Below are positions 46,337 to 59,225 of a stretch of DNA of 64,000 nucleotides, one piece after another. Numbering within the stretch: position 1 is the stretch's first letter; each line of letters begins with the position of its first letter. The position numbers and the translations under genes are program-made. This stretch comes from Eledone cirrhosa (taxonomy: Eukaryota): the NCBI GenBank assembly GCA_964016885.1, contig OZ024759.1:36084001-36148000 (forward strand). Direction: 5' to 3'. The notes under the pieces were generated by a model. The model searched no databases. It saw only the letters and a list, made by a program, of their open reading frames with translations, and was not told where the DNA came from.

Positions 46337-47865
46337 TAATCAAGAATAACGAAATTTAGGAGATACATTACGTAATATTCATTCATTATTTATTCAAAGT
46401 ATTACAAACGGGATTAAAAAAAATATTCTGGACGCAGTCCCGCACTCCTTACTTTATTATAGTTAAGACTAGTCTACTGGTAACATAAATTAACTTACCT
46501 CAGAGAATGGGAAATAGATTATAATTGAAACTTTCACACCAGTAAAATATCATATACTTTTTCGTAATTTTTAAATCTTAGTTAAAAATACGATAGGTAT
46601 GTATTTGTTTTCGCTTATTTTTTTACTGGGATAAAACCAGCGTTATATATATATATATATATATATATTGTATTGTGACGTCATTTATTTCATTACGTTA
46701 CATCACGTCAAAAACCGATCTTTTGTTTTTTTGAGGTGTAATACGACTGAAACATGTCACAGTACTTCTTACCAAGATGGAATCTCGGCGGAGTGTTGTT
46801 TTGTTGTTTTTGCTTCAGCAAGACACTTTATTTCATGTTGTTCCCGCCCACTGCGAAACTTGAGCGGAGACAGCTTAGAGCTAGAATACAGCAAGGCATC
46901 TTGTTCGAAGTTTCTACAATTCCATCAATCCATCGCATCTAGTATTTGACTGGTACTTTATTTAATCAACCCTGAAAGCATAACCCATAAATTTGGACTT
47001 AATGGGATTCGAACCCAAAGCACATAGTGCCAGAATAAATATCGTAAGGTATTTTAGCCTCTGCCAAACCCAACAGAACATTTCTTGAATAATGAATCGT
47101 GTTCATTTGGTTTTCCAATAAATAAATCCATTATCAAGGAACGTAACTCTTACTTTATGCACAAGTTGTTTCCCTTTAAATTACGTTTGTTTTGGGGGTT
47201 TTTTGCTTGCTTTTCTTTTAGAATGAGTCAAAATTCTTTTTTCTTCTTTACTTCTTCCAAAGTCCCCAGAAACCACCGAATTGAAGTACGTGCCTTTGTT
47301 ATCCAAAACACATTTTATCGTGACACTAGCGCTATGTCTACAACCACTACTCTTCACATGGAAGAGAGACTTTATATCTACAACCATCACTCTTCACACA
47401 GGAGAGAGACTATATAACTACAACGACCAGTCTATCTTGATTTCTAGTGACAAGTTCAAATCCCACCGAGATTAACTTTGCCTTTCATCCTTACAGGGTC
47501 GATAAAATAAAGTACCAGTACTGCACTGGGATAATTGCTGGCCTTGTGCCAAAAGTAAGTGAAAGATTGGGGCAGAGTTGGCCTTCATTAGTGAGCTCCA
47601 CCACTTAGGATGATTATCACCACATCTTCCTTGCCATCCTCTTGGGTAATAGTTTCTCTATTCTGTCCACTGGGACCATGAGACGGTAAGTCCAGGCAGT
47701 GATGCTATAGTTGACAGTCGATTGACAAGATCCCAGACCTCATTCGCTTAATAAGTGGGGTGGAGTTCGTCAAATTGGACCAAGGAAACAATGTTTCCAT
47801 TGGTCTTTCCATTGCTAACACTATCTGTTAGTCGCAAATCCAGGCAGATTGTATAGGGTGTTGAT

Positions 47866-48505
47866 ATACCAGACTGTACCACTGGGATGGTGATGGTATA
47901 GGGTAGTGATATATATCACTGGGGTGGTGATGGTATAGTGTGGTATATATACCAGACTGTACCACTAGGGTCGTGATGGTATACCAGACTGTACTACTGG
48001 GGTAGTGATGGTATAGTGTGGTATATATACCAGACTATACCACTGGGGTAGTGATGGTATAGTGTGGTATATATACCAGACTATACCACTGGGGTAGTGA
48101 TGGTATAGTGTGGTGATATATACCAGACTGTACCACTGGGGTCGTGATGGTATAGTGTGGTGATATATACCAGACTATACCACTGGGGTAGTGATGGTAT
48201 AGTGTGGTGATATATATCACTGGAGTGGTGATGGTATAGTGTGGTGATATATACCAGACTGTACCACTGGGGTCGTGATGGTATAGTGTGGTGATATATA
48301 CCAGACTATACCACTGGGGTAGTGATGGTATAGTGTGGTGATATATACCAGACTGTACCACTGGGGCCGTGATGGTATAGTGTGGTGATATATACCAGAC
48401 TATACCACTGGGGTAGTGATGGTATAGTGTTATATATATACCAGATTGTACCTCTGGGGTAGTGATGGTATACAGTGTGGTGATATATACCAGACTGTAT
48501 CACTG
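47866..48505. repeat. ~47-bp minisatellite
   Basis: Unit ccagact(a/g)taccactggggt(a/c)gtgatggtatagtgtggtgatatata, about 13 copies. Confidence 0.9.
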
Positions 48506-48812
48506 TGAAAAACAAAAAGGAAACAAAGAAAGGGTAATGAATGCAAGCCACAACTCTGCAGTGAAACTAACCTAAGTGTAACTTTATTAGCAATTCAAGT
48601 CACTATTTTTTGCTGGTCCAATGTCTTTAATATAACCATGATTTTTTTCATATTTATATATATATATTTTTTGAAATTTTATCATCCAATCTGTTTCCAC
48701 TAGCATGGACACCATACAATGTGGAGTAAACATATAGACAGGCAGACAGACAGACAGACAGACAGAGACAGAGATTGATTAAACCGTGGCAAATTAAACA
48801 GAAAGTGTCTGT

Positions 48813-48844
<32 letters not shown>

Positions 48845-49132
48845 TGAATATATGTATGTGTGTGTAGGTAGTGAAAAGACAGTTGGCATTAGCTTTGTAC
48901 AACACTACATACACCATGTAAAAATGATAGAGAAAGAAAGGTCGAAAGAGAAGAGGGAGATGAAGAAACAGACAAGAGAACGTAGATGTACATGATGAGA
49001 TTTGAATGAAAAGAAAGAAAGAAGACAAAAGTTTTTTTTTTTCTTAAGAACAACTAAACTTGAAAAAAAAAAAATAGAATTTAAAAAAAAAATAATTTTT
49101 CTTTTTTTTCTGGAAGTAGTTTCACATAGTGT

Positions 49133-49206
49133 TCACTTTTTGTTAGCACTAGCTAGAACTTCTTTGAGTAAAGATGCTACATCAACTTCTGGCTCATTTT
49201 CATTGG
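49133..49206 (-). CDS. SMARCAD1: SMARCAD1 last coding exon
   Basis: (T)NENEPEVDVASLLKEVLASANKK*. D[IV]A.LLK resembles the vertebrate C-terminus, and all 15 exons join in frame. Confidence 0.85.
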
Positions 49207-49366
49207 CTGGGGAAAGAGAATAAGAAGAAATATGACAGACAGATTGATTATTAAAAGATTTAGAGAAATACAAGTTAAGCATACAGCCTTTCCCTGATTA
49301 TAAAATACCATATCTCGGATACTATTTGAGATCTGAATTTGTCGTTTTAATTTATAAATTTCAAGT

Positions 49367-49564
49367 TTAACCCTTTAGCATTTAAACAGGCTGTATCCAG
49401 CCAGAATTCTCTCAGCTCTTCTATTCAAACTGGTCGTAACCGGCCGCTCAAGTGTTGTTAAAGTATTGTTCTCAAAATAAATAATATCAAAATTTCATAG
49501 ATTCGATATTCCTTTACCACAAAAATATAATAGATATAGAATAATGTAAATGCTAAAGGGTTAA
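49367..49564. mobile_element. piggyBac-like MITE (SMARCAD1 last intron)
   Basis: TTAA target duplication and the same TIRs. Confidence 0.82.
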
Positions 49565-49761
49565 AGTTTTTCTTAACATGTTTTACATTTTCTCTACTAA
49601 AACTGTTTTTCAATCTTGTTTATGTTTTGCTTAATAAAGGTTTATATTCAGGGAAAGACTTTATACTCACCCTGTATATAATGTATAAAGGAAACTAAGA
49701 GGTTTATAGAAAACTAAATTATTTAGTGAAAAATGATGTGTTTAAGAAGATTACGACTTAC

Positions 49762-49877
49762 TGTTCTGAGTGGAGCTAGAAGTGACATCTTTCTCTAAAC
49801 TCAGCTTCTTCTGGGCACAACGGAACATTGCTTCCTCAACAGTATTTTTACTCAGCAGACGACATATTTTTACATTT
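49762..49877 (-). CDS. SMARCAD1: SMARCAD1 exon
   Basis: NVKICRLLSKNTVEEAMFRCAQKKLSLEKDVTSSSTQN. Confidence 0.92.
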
Positions 49878-50621
49878 CTGTATTAGACAATACAACAATA
49901 GAAGCTATAATCAGATGTTAGAAGCTATACAAGTTTTTTACAGTCATTAGCAGTAACAGTAGTAGCAACCATTTAAAAACTATTTTTCTGTTAACAATTT
50001 TAACACTAAACCCCTAAAGCCACCTTTGGTTCTACAATAGGAAACTGTCCATTTTAAACAGTTTATAATTGTCTAAAAACCTTCAATTATAATTTCATAT
50101 AAGAACCTTTGTTAACTCTTTTGATTCCAAACCACCAGAAATTACCTGTGGTTTTATGGTAGAAATTTGTGTGTGTCTGTGTGCATGTTGTGAAGTATAT
50201 GTGTGTGTTCGTTTGTGAGGTGCATGTGTGTTCTAGTGAGTGTATCTGTTCGAGTGAATGAGTCTGTGTATGTTTGTACGTATGTTCATGTGAAGAGGTA
50301 TGCATGTATGTATATGTGTATGCATTTGTATATATATATATATGTGGCTCTATGTGTGTATGTATATATATATATATGTGTGTGTGTATATGTATGTATG
50401 AATGTATGTATGTATGTGCATATAATATAAGTTTTTTTTTTTTTTCTGTGGAGCGAGAGACTCCTAGTCTTCATTAAGATATCTCTCTAGTAGAAGGTCA
50501 CTCTGATATAAAACCTGTGACTTCGTTTGCATCAAATGATGTAGACCAGTTCTTTTTGGGGGGGTAAATGTATTTGATGTTCAGAGAGTGGGATTGGCCC
50601 CGTTCAAAGCCTTTCCTCACT

Positions 50622-50668
<47 letters not shown>

Positions 50669-50683
50669 AGTAAACACTGCTTA

Positions 50684-50896
<213 letters not shown>

Positions 50897-51021
50897 TTAA
50901 TAATAATAATAATGATTATTTCTTTATTATTGGCCACAAGGGCCGAACATAGAAGACAATACAAAGACGAGTAAAAAAATTAACAAAACAAATAGAAAAA
51001 ATATCAACAACAAAATTCCCC

Positions 51022-51358
51022 AATATAAATAATTTTGGTATTTTAAGATTCACTTCTTTAAAATGTTCAAATGTCAACACTTCCGGTTAGCGATCGCTTA
51101 AATAAACATTCATATATTTCCGTCACTAATTTCTCCTAATGCAGTTTATATATATCGTCTTTTTTTTAATGTATCATGGAGTACGTTACTGACTACAGAA
51201 GACAGTGTAACGCAGTCTTTGTTCAATTTCTGTTTATATTGTCAATTACGATTTTATTTGATGTATCATATCTATATGTATATATACTTGTGTATAATAT
51301 CAATATACACACTACACATGCTAGCAGTAAACCACCCAAAGGGTGGTTTTTCTGCTAG
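51022..51358 (+). mobile_element. Helitron-like non-autonomous element (inverted sister copy at 45997-46336)
   Basis: Ends in the hairpin aaaccaccc-aaa-gggtggttt followed by CTAG then T. Highly similar to the reverse complement of 45997-46336. Confidence 0.6.
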
Positions 51359-51698
51359 TTATTATAATAATAATTGTTTCTACTCTTGGCACAAGGCCAG
51401 CAAATACCCCAGTGCATTACTGGTACTTTATTTTATCGACCCCGTATGGATGTCAGGCAAAGTTAACCTCGGTGGGATTTGAACTGACTTTAAAGGGACG
51501 TAACTATGCTGGAAACCATGTTGTCCGACGCTCTACCGATACCGCCAATCCAATAATGATTTCTTGATGACCCTACCCCAACAACCCTCTCAGGAATAAG
51601 TGGGCGAAGAAGAGGAAAAAGCACTGCCCTCCACGACCCTCCTAGGAATAATAATAATAAGAAGCATTTAAAATGATTTTTTGTTAGTTGTGGCTTAC

Positions 51699-51820
51699 CT
51701 CTCTTGTACAGGAGTTTGTCCATCAAGTCTTAAATATTTCATATCCTCTTTTAATTTGAGATATTCCTCCAGAATATCCAATACCATTGTGAATTGACTA
51801 AAGATGAGAACTCGGTCTCC
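51699..51820 (-). CDS. SMARCAD1: SMARCAD1 exon (motif IV)
   Basis: [40 protein letters not shown]. Confidence 0.95.
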
Positions 51821-52106
51821 CTATAACAAGACAAAGTTTATTGTTTTTTTAAATTGCACAACTGAATACACATCGTATTAAAAAATGTTCACATATCTCT
51901 TTCTCTCATCGTCATCACTTTTTAACGTCCATTCTCCATGCTAGCATGGGTTAGACGAGATGTCCCGTTGAGACACATCATGTCTTCTTCATATACAACT
52001 GATTTAGGCCTGGTTTCTATGGCTGGATACTCTTCCTAACGCAGACCACATTTACAGTGTGTGCTGGGTGCTTTTTGTCATGACACCTACATGACTATTT
52101 TACAGA

Positions 52107-52270
52107 GTGTTTGTGATCAGGAAGGGGCCACAAACAACCAGTGTTTGTGATCAGGAAGGGGCCACAAACAACTAGTGTTTGTGATCAGGAAGGGGCCACA
52201 AACAGCCAGTATTTGTGATCAAGAAGGGGCCACAAACAGCCAGTATTTGTTGTCAGGAAGGGGTCACGAA
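52107..52270. repeat. 34-bp minisatellite, about 5 copies
   Basis: gtgtttgtgatcaggaaggggccacaaacaacca. Confidence 0.88.
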
Positions 52271-52374
52271 CAGTCGACATGTAAAAAAAAAAAAAACATA
52301 TGAAAACAACACTGATGATATTCAAACCAGCTAAAATACGAGACATTTTTTAAATGGTGACATAAAACACTTAC

Positions 52375-52470
52375 AACTTCCCGGAAATCTGGTAATAATT
52401 GGTCCATCTTCCGAAACTTCCCAGAATCCAAGATCACAGAAGGGTTTAAAGCATAACTTCCAAGATATTT
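52375..52470 (-). CDS. SMARCAD1: SMARCAD1 exon
   Basis: KYLGSYALNPSVILDSGKFRKMDQLLPDFREV. Confidence 0.92.
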
Positions 52471-52845
52471 CTGTGGAAAAAATTAAAAAATTATTACAGC
52501 ATAGAGTTACAGCCCTTTACATTCTGAGTTCAAATACCATCGAGGTTAGCTTTGCCTTTCATTGGTGTCAATAAAATAAAGTACCAGTCACACAATGGGG
52601 TTGATTTAATCGACTTTCCCCTCCCTCCAAAATTGTTGGCTTTGTGCATAAATCAGGAATCATTATTATTTTCAAGACTGGTACCAGGCCAGCAGTTTGT
52701 GGGGAGGGCAATGTCCATTATATCAACACCAGTACTTAACTGAAACATAAAGTACTGCCCTCACCTCTAGGTCGTGAAAGACCAGTGAAGGACATAGAGC
52801 ACTGCCCCTTCTACATACGGCAAAAACAAAAAGGTACCCACTCAC

Positions 52846-52947
52846 CTTGTACAGAAGGCAGAGTTTGTGTAATTCAAAATCAGACATAACCTCCATGTCT
52901 TGATAAATAATTGATGGCAAAGCATTTCGTTCTCGATGAGATGGTTC
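52846..52947 (-). CDS. SMARCAD1: SMARCAD1 exon
   Basis: [46 protein letters not shown] is a SMARCAD1 signature. Confidence 0.94.
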
Positions 52948-53214
52948 CTTCAAAATAAAAAAATTAAGAAAACTTAAAAAAAAAAAAAAAAAAAGAGAGA
53001 ACCTAAGAAAGTACTGCAATACGTAATATCAGGCATAAATGTGTGGTTTAGAGGATGGTTTCATAACAATGTGGCCTTTGGTTCAATTAACAATCATATT
53101 GTTTAGATATTCCACTGTTTTTTAAAACAGTAGACGTTAAAAGTTTTTAAAAAAACAGTAAAAATATTTAAAAAAAGATAAACAAAAGTAAAAAAAAAAA
53201 AAATGGGAACATAC

Positions 53215-53460
53215 TTTGGCAATTGCTGAAGACATGGAACGCAGCAAGGAATCAGTGAAGTGTCTTCTCTGCAACAATGGATGGTTTGCAAGTTTACGTA
53301 GCTGCATCAACATACACTGCCGTGTGTTACCGTCAGTGTTATCGTTGCGCTCAACTTGTTTAGTAAATTGACTAATCAGGTTTTCATATTGCTCCTGTTG
53401 GTCTGGTATCATCTGGCAATATAACACCTCTTCCAGTTTTGGTGGCATTTGCTTTAGAAC
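53215..53460 (-). CDS. SMARCAD1: SMARCAD1 exon
   Basis: VLKQMPPKLEEVLYCQM...CMLMQLRKLANHPLLQRRHFTDSLLRSMSSAIAK. Confidence 0.94.
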
Positions 53461-53559
53461 CTGTGGAATAATTCATAAACAATAAATGTCTGTTAAAAGA
53501 AAATATTAAATAGATACGGTAAAGATAAGCTAATAATTATTGTTGGTTTATCAGAGCTC

Positions 53560-53885
53560 AACCCACTGTCAAGTGGTCATACTGGTGACACAATATAAGG
53601 CACCCAGCCTACACTGTAAAGTGGTCATGCTGGTGTCACGACAAAAGGCACCCAGTCTACACTGTAAAGTGGTCATGCTGGTGTCACGACAAAAGGCACC
53701 CAGTCTACACTGTAAAGTGGTCATGCTGGTGTCACGACAAAAGGCACCCAGTCCACACTGTAAAGTGGTAGTATAGGTATCAACAAAAGGCACCCAGCCC
53801 ACACTGTAAAGTGGTCATGTTGGTGTTAACAAAAGACACCCAGTCCACACTGTAAAGTGGTCATGTTGGTGTCACAACAAAAAGC
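53560..53885 (+). repeat. 48-bp minisatellite derived from the SINE/RTE repeat
   Basis: Unit acactgtaaagtggtcatgctggtgtcacgacaaaaggcacccagtct, about 7 copies. Shorter arrays at 26830-26985 and 59226-59320. Confidence 0.88.
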
Positions 53886-54090
53886 TCTTCATTTTACATT
53901 GTTTCAGTCAACTCAGCAGTAGTTGATAAGTTAGCCTTGTGATACACTGGTGTCCTATCCAGGAGCGAAGTCTTCTCTCAGTCACTTAACGTTACATGTG
54001 ACCAGAATAAGCCTCTAGACTCAAGGAAGACAATATATATTTTTAACTATATAATAATTTAAAAAAAAGACAAATAGAGAGAAACCTGAC

Positions 54091-54189
54091 CTGAGACTTC
54101 AACCGCCGTAACATAAATGGATGTAATATTTTCTTAGCATGTGCAATACGTTCAATTTCATAATTACTTCGTTTATCATCGTGGGATTT
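54091..54189 (-). CDS. SMARCAD1: SMARCAD1 exon
   Basis: KSHDDKRSNYEIERIAHAKKILHPFMLRRLKSQ. Confidence 0.94.
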
Positions 54190-54630
54190 CTAGAAATGGA
54201 AAAATGTTGATTGTTTTTTTTACATCTTAAAATATTGCTTAGGACATGGAAGAGATAAAAATATGAGAAACCTCTTGGGGGTTTCTGAAGTTCTGGACAG
54301 GACCCTAGTATTCTCAGTTGCTTAATATGATAATGGGCTCAGTATCCTGTTTTGGGGAGGGAGTCCTGTCTTGGAGAGGGTGCACTGTCTTGTAGAAGGA
54401 GTCCTGTTTTGGGGAGGGAATCCTGTCATGGAGAGGGAGTCCTGTCGTGGAAAGGGAGTCTTGTTTTGGAGAGGGAGCAGTCAGCAGTCTGGCCTCGTGT
54501 GACAACCCATTTAAGCCATGTAACCATGGAAAATAGATGTTAAATAATGACTGATGGTGATGGAGTGATGCAGTGATAAGTGAAGGAGGGATTGGTGATG
54601 GAGTGATGAGTGATTGATGACGATACTCAC

Positions 54631-54768
54631 TGTAATTAATGTAAATGTTCGTTTCAACTGCTCAGTCTTGCCAACAAACATGTCTGGCATAACAAAACAT
54701 AACAAAGAGATCAGTTCTAGGAGGTTATTCTGTAGAGGTGTACCGGTAAGTAAAAGTCTTCTTTCGGC
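54631..54768 (-). CDS. SMARCAD1: SMARCAD1 exon (motif III)
   Basis: [46 protein letters not shown]. Confidence 0.95.
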
Positions 54769-55071
54769 CTACAATCACATTAAACAACAACAAAACCAAC
54801 ATTTAGAAAGTAACTATCAGATCGATGGGTAAATTTGAATTTCTTGGAAAATGTAGGAATCCCAAATGCAGAAATGAATATAACCACAGTTCATTACTAA
54901 AAATAATAGTAAACCAGGTAACATACTCCCATAGACATAGCAGCTGCTAGCCACATTTTTCCTTCTATAGGGGTATGGTACATGATTTTCTAACATTAGA
55001 AAAGTATCTGTTCCAAAATGGTTAGACTTCACCCACTTATTCCTAAGATACATAATGAAAATATAACAAAC

Positions 55072-55207
55072 CTGAATTTTCATGAGATTTTGGTACCTAA
55101 GTGATGACATATTCTTCAGCATATGTCCTTCATCAAAAACAGCATAATGGAACTGGGTTTTCTTAAAAAGTACTCTATCTTCAAGGCAACCGGTTGCCAT
55201 ATTATAA
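55072..55207 (-). CDS. SMARCAD1: SMARCAD1 exon (Walker B, DEGH)
   Basis: YNMATGCLEDRVLFKKTQFHYAVFDEGHMLKNMSSLRYQNLMKIQ; aag acceptor. Confidence 0.95.
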
Positions 55208-55286
55208 CTTTGAATAGAAAAGAAAGGAAAATGAAAAGATTATAAAATGTAAAACAAGAATATCTTTAACAAAGATGAAAGCTTAG

Positions 55287-55452
55287 AGTCTCCACAGTTG
55301 AAGTCTTCCTGAAGCCTAGTCTCCACAGTTGAAGTCTTCCTGAAGCCTAGTCTCCACAGTTGAAGTCTTCCTGAGGCCTAGTCTCCACAGTTGAAGTCTT
55401 CCTGAAGCCTAGTCTCCACAGTTGAAGTCTTCCTGAAGCCTAGTCTCCACAG
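55287..55452. repeat. 31-bp minisatellite, about 5.4 copies
   Basis: agtctccacagttgaagtcttcctgaagcct. Confidence 0.9.
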
Positions 55453-55533
55453 GCCAGAGCTCATCCTGGTTTAATGTTGCTGATCTTAGAATTTGTCAAC
55501 TGGATCAACATGAAATGAAATGTTTAGGTCAAA

Positions 55534-56825
55534 GACACTGAGCTGCACAGTATAGGGATTGAACCCAACCTTATAATCTTGAGATTGACACTGAGCTGCA
55601 CAGTATAGGGATTGAACCCAACCTTATAATCTTGAGATTGACACTGAGCTGCACAGTATAGGGATTGAACCCAACCTTACAATCTTGAGACTGACACTGA
55701 GCTGCACAGTATAGGGATTGAACTCAACCTTACAATCTTGAGACTGACACTGAGCTGCACAGTATAGGGATTGAACTCACATCCTTATAATCTTGAGACT
55801 GACACTGAGCTGCACAGTATAGGGATTGAACCCAACCTTATAATCACGAGACTGACACTGAGCTGCACAGTATAGGGATTGAACTCACATCCTTATAATC
55901 TTGAGACTGACACTGAGCTGCACAGTATAGGGATTGAACTCACATCCTTATAATCACGAGACTGACACTGAGCTGCACAGTATAGGGATTGAACTCACAT
56001 CCTTATAATCACGAGACTGACACTGAGCTGCACAGTATAGGGATTGAACCCAACCTTATAATCTTGAGATTGACACTGAGCTGCACAGTATAGGGATTGA
56101 ACTCACATCCTTATAATCACGAGATTGACACTGAGCTGCACAGTATAGGGATTGAACCCAACCTTATAATCTTGAGACTGACACTGAGCTGCACAGTATA
56201 GGGATTGAACTCACATCCTTATAATCTTGAGACTGACACTGAGCTGCACAGTATAGGGATTGAACCCAACCTTATAATCTTGAGATTGACACTGAGCTGC
56301 ACAGTATAGGGATTGAACCCAACCTTATAATCTTGAGATTGACACTGAGCTGCACAGTATAGGGATTGAACCCAACCTTATAATCTTGAGACTGACACTG
56401 AGCTGCACAGTATAGGGATTGAACCCAACCTTATAATCTTGAGATTGACACTGAGCTGCACAGTATAGGGATTGAACCCAACCTTATAATCTTGAGACTG
56501 ACACTGAGCTGCACAGTATAGGGATTGAACCCAACCTTATAATCTTGAGACTAACACTGAGCTGCACAGTATAGGGATTGAACCCAACCTTATAATCTTG
56601 AGATTGACACTGAGCTGCACAGTATAGGGATTGAACCCAACCTTATAATCTTGAGACTGACACTGAGCTGCACAGTATAGGGATTGAACCCAACCTTATA
56701 ATCTTGAGACTGACACTGAGCTGCACAGTATAGGGATTGAACCCAACCTTATAATCTTGAGATTGACACTGAGCTGCACAGTATAGGGATTGAACTCACA
56801 TCCTTATAATCACGAGACTGACACT
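55534..56825 (-). repeat. 53/55-bp minisatellite, about 24 copies, amplified from a SINE head
   Basis: Unit gacactgagctgcacagtatagggattgaac(cca/tcacat)ccttataatc(tt/ac)gaga(t/c)t. A SINE A box lies on the right and the SINE core on the left. Confidence 0.93.
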
Positions 56826-56956
56826 TTAACTACTAGACCACACATATTCACATCTTTACGTGACAATAACAATATAGATATCAGTTACGTCGTAATAACA
56901 ATATTGGTATAGTTATAACACTTACATAGCAATAACGATGTTGATATATCACTTAC

Positions 56957-57092
56957 GTGGTAAGAACAATATTGATATCATGATCTTCATATTTTAGATG
57001 ATGCCTGGCATTTTGTCTGTCTTCTTGTGAACCGTAATACATCAAAACATTCATCGTGGGGCACCATCTTTCTATTTCATTCATCCAGTTAT
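56957..57092 (-). CDS. SMARCAD1: SMARCAD1 exon
   Basis: DNWMNEIERWCPTMNVLMYYGSQEDRQNARHHLKYEDHDINIVLT. Confidence 0.93.
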
Positions 57093-57169
57093 CTACAATA
57101 GCATTTCACAAGATTTATTGTTTAATATATAACCCATGCTAGTGTGGAATATGGACATTAAACAATGAT

Positions 57170-57450
57170 GATTATGATTATTGTTTAATATATAATGTTA
57201 TGCATATATACTTATTGTTTAATATATAATGTTATATATCATTTTCATTTTTCATTTCATTTTACGTCCGCTTTTATATATATATTTATTGTTTAATATA
57301 TAATGTTATATATATTTATTGTTTAATATATAATGTTATACATATATACTTATTGTTTAATATATAATGTTATACATATATACTTATTGTTTAATATATA
57401 ATGTTATACATACATATATATTGTTTAATATATGTTATACATATTTATAG
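57170..57450. repeat. ~33-bp AT-rich minisatellite
   Basis: ttattgtttaatatataatgttatacatatatac. Confidence 0.8.
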
Positions 57451-57630
57451 TTATACATACATATATATATGTTTTTCTATGTATGGAGAGTCTGTTTACA
57501 TATATTCATTTTCATAACATAAAGGTGTGTGTGAGGAAGAGAGTGTGTGTGAGGGTGTGAGAGCATGTGTGTGAGAGAAAGTATGTGTGTGCATCTGAAT
57601 GTGTAAGGGAAAATGTGTGTATGAACTCAC

Positions 57631-57730
57631 CAATAGTGGATGAAGGTACAATGATCACATGAGGTCCTTCTTCACCTTGTTCTAATAAATACGCTAGAAA
57701 TGCAATCGCCTGGACTGTTTTCCCAAGACC
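57631..57730 (-). CDS. SMARCAD1: SMARCAD1 exon (Walker A)
   Basis: GLGKTVQAIAFLAYLLEQGEEGPHVIIVPSSTI. Confidence 0.95.
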
Positions 57731-57849
57731 CTATAAATAAGTAAGAGTAAAAACATGTTTATGAGTGGACACCACGTATCTAAGATACCAAGTATCTAAG
57801 AAAGAAGCTAAGTGATAGGTATACACTGCTCGGAGAGAGGCTAAAGAAA

Positions 57850-58235
57850 GTAAATTTACCAATGTCTTGAGACTTGAAGTGTTCAGTATAGCAAGGCAGT
57901 GTGAATCGAGATGTTGCTGGGGGAAAATGTGTTAGAAACGACACTGGTGCACTTATCACCACTGATGCCCCAAAGAAAGAGGACGTAGAGAATAAATGGG
58001 TGGAAAAGAGAAACTATACCCAACTTACCCAAAGACCAGCTATTGAAGTTGACAGTTTTAGGGTCAAAGAAACAATGAAGGAGATGAAGAATGGTAAAGC
58101 CATGGGAGCATCAGAGATAGTTGCTGAGATGCTAAAAGCATCGGGAGAGAGGTAGAAGTCAAACTAGTAACCCGTATAGTAAATAAAGTAATACATGAAT
58201 GACTAGCAGAGCAGTACAATCATAAATTGCTACAA
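57850..58235 (+). mobile_element. LINE (RTE-like) ORF fragment in SMARCAD1 intron
   Basis: VKETMKEMKNGKAMGASEIVAEMLKASGE is typical of the segment preceding RT motif 1. Confidence 0.6.
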
Positions 58236-58311
58236 GAGCAAAGGTGGTGATGATGATTGTTATGATGATGGTGGTAATAACAACAACATGAAATAAAACC
58301 AACAAAGTTAC

Positions 58312-58402
58312 CATTTCATCAGCTAAAATACCATTAACTTCCTGGGAATGTAATATCCGCAGCCAATTCAAGCCAACCAACTGGTAGGGTTTTAACTGAA
58401 AA
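58312..58402 (-). CDS. SMARCAD1: SMARCAD1 exon (Q motif, GILADEM)
   Basis: [30 protein letters not shown]. Confidence 0.95.
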
Positions 58403-58457
58403 CTAAAACAAATAAAACATATATAGAGTAAACTAGTTGACTAGTATTGTCAATAAA

Positions 58458-58489
<32 letters not shown>

Positions 58490-58657
58490 TATACTAGTAC
58501 CATCTTTATAACATATATATATATAGTATACTAGTACCATCTTTATAACATATATATATACTTTACTAGTGGACTAGTACTGTCAACAAGGCAGACACTA
58601 TGTGGTCACGAGCTGCTAGAAATAGCAGCCAGTCAATCAGTAGTAAAGCTCACTTAC

Positions 58658-58893
58658 TTTTCATTGAGTATAGGTGGTTGTTGTGTGATCTTCATCTCTT
58701 TAACAGTCTTAGTTTGTACATCTTCACTCATATCAGTAGCACTGACAAGGAAACTGGCTAAATCTCCCATCTCTTTAGAGATTTTCTCACACTTCTTCAT
58801 CAAACGAATAACAACCTCTCGCATATGGATAACTTCTTTGCCACCAACAATGAAACGAGATGTTAGAGTTTTGGTAGAATCTAGCTTCTCTAT
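58658..58893 (-). CDS. SMARCAD1: SMARCAD1 exon
   Basis: [10 protein letters not shown]...[15 protein letters not shown]...[10 protein letters not shown]; cag/gtaag. Confidence 0.9.
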
Positions 58894-59139
58894 CTGAAAT
58901 GGAACACAACATTACAATAAATATATATATATATACATACATGCAATATATACATATATATATATACATACATGCAATATATACATATATATATATACAC
59001 ACACACATATATATATAAATATATGTACATACATAGATACATATATATATATATACATACACACACATATATATATAAATATATGTACATACATACATAT
59101 ATATATATATACACACACACATATATATATAAATATATG

Positions 59140-59181
<42 letters not shown>

Positions 59182-59192
59182 CATACATATAT

Positions 59193-59225
<33 letters not shown>

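Noticed and set aside
47085-47475. Overlapping short ORFs as the missing LPGAT1 first exon
   Set aside because: The ORF translations here do not resemble the LPGAT1 N-terminus.
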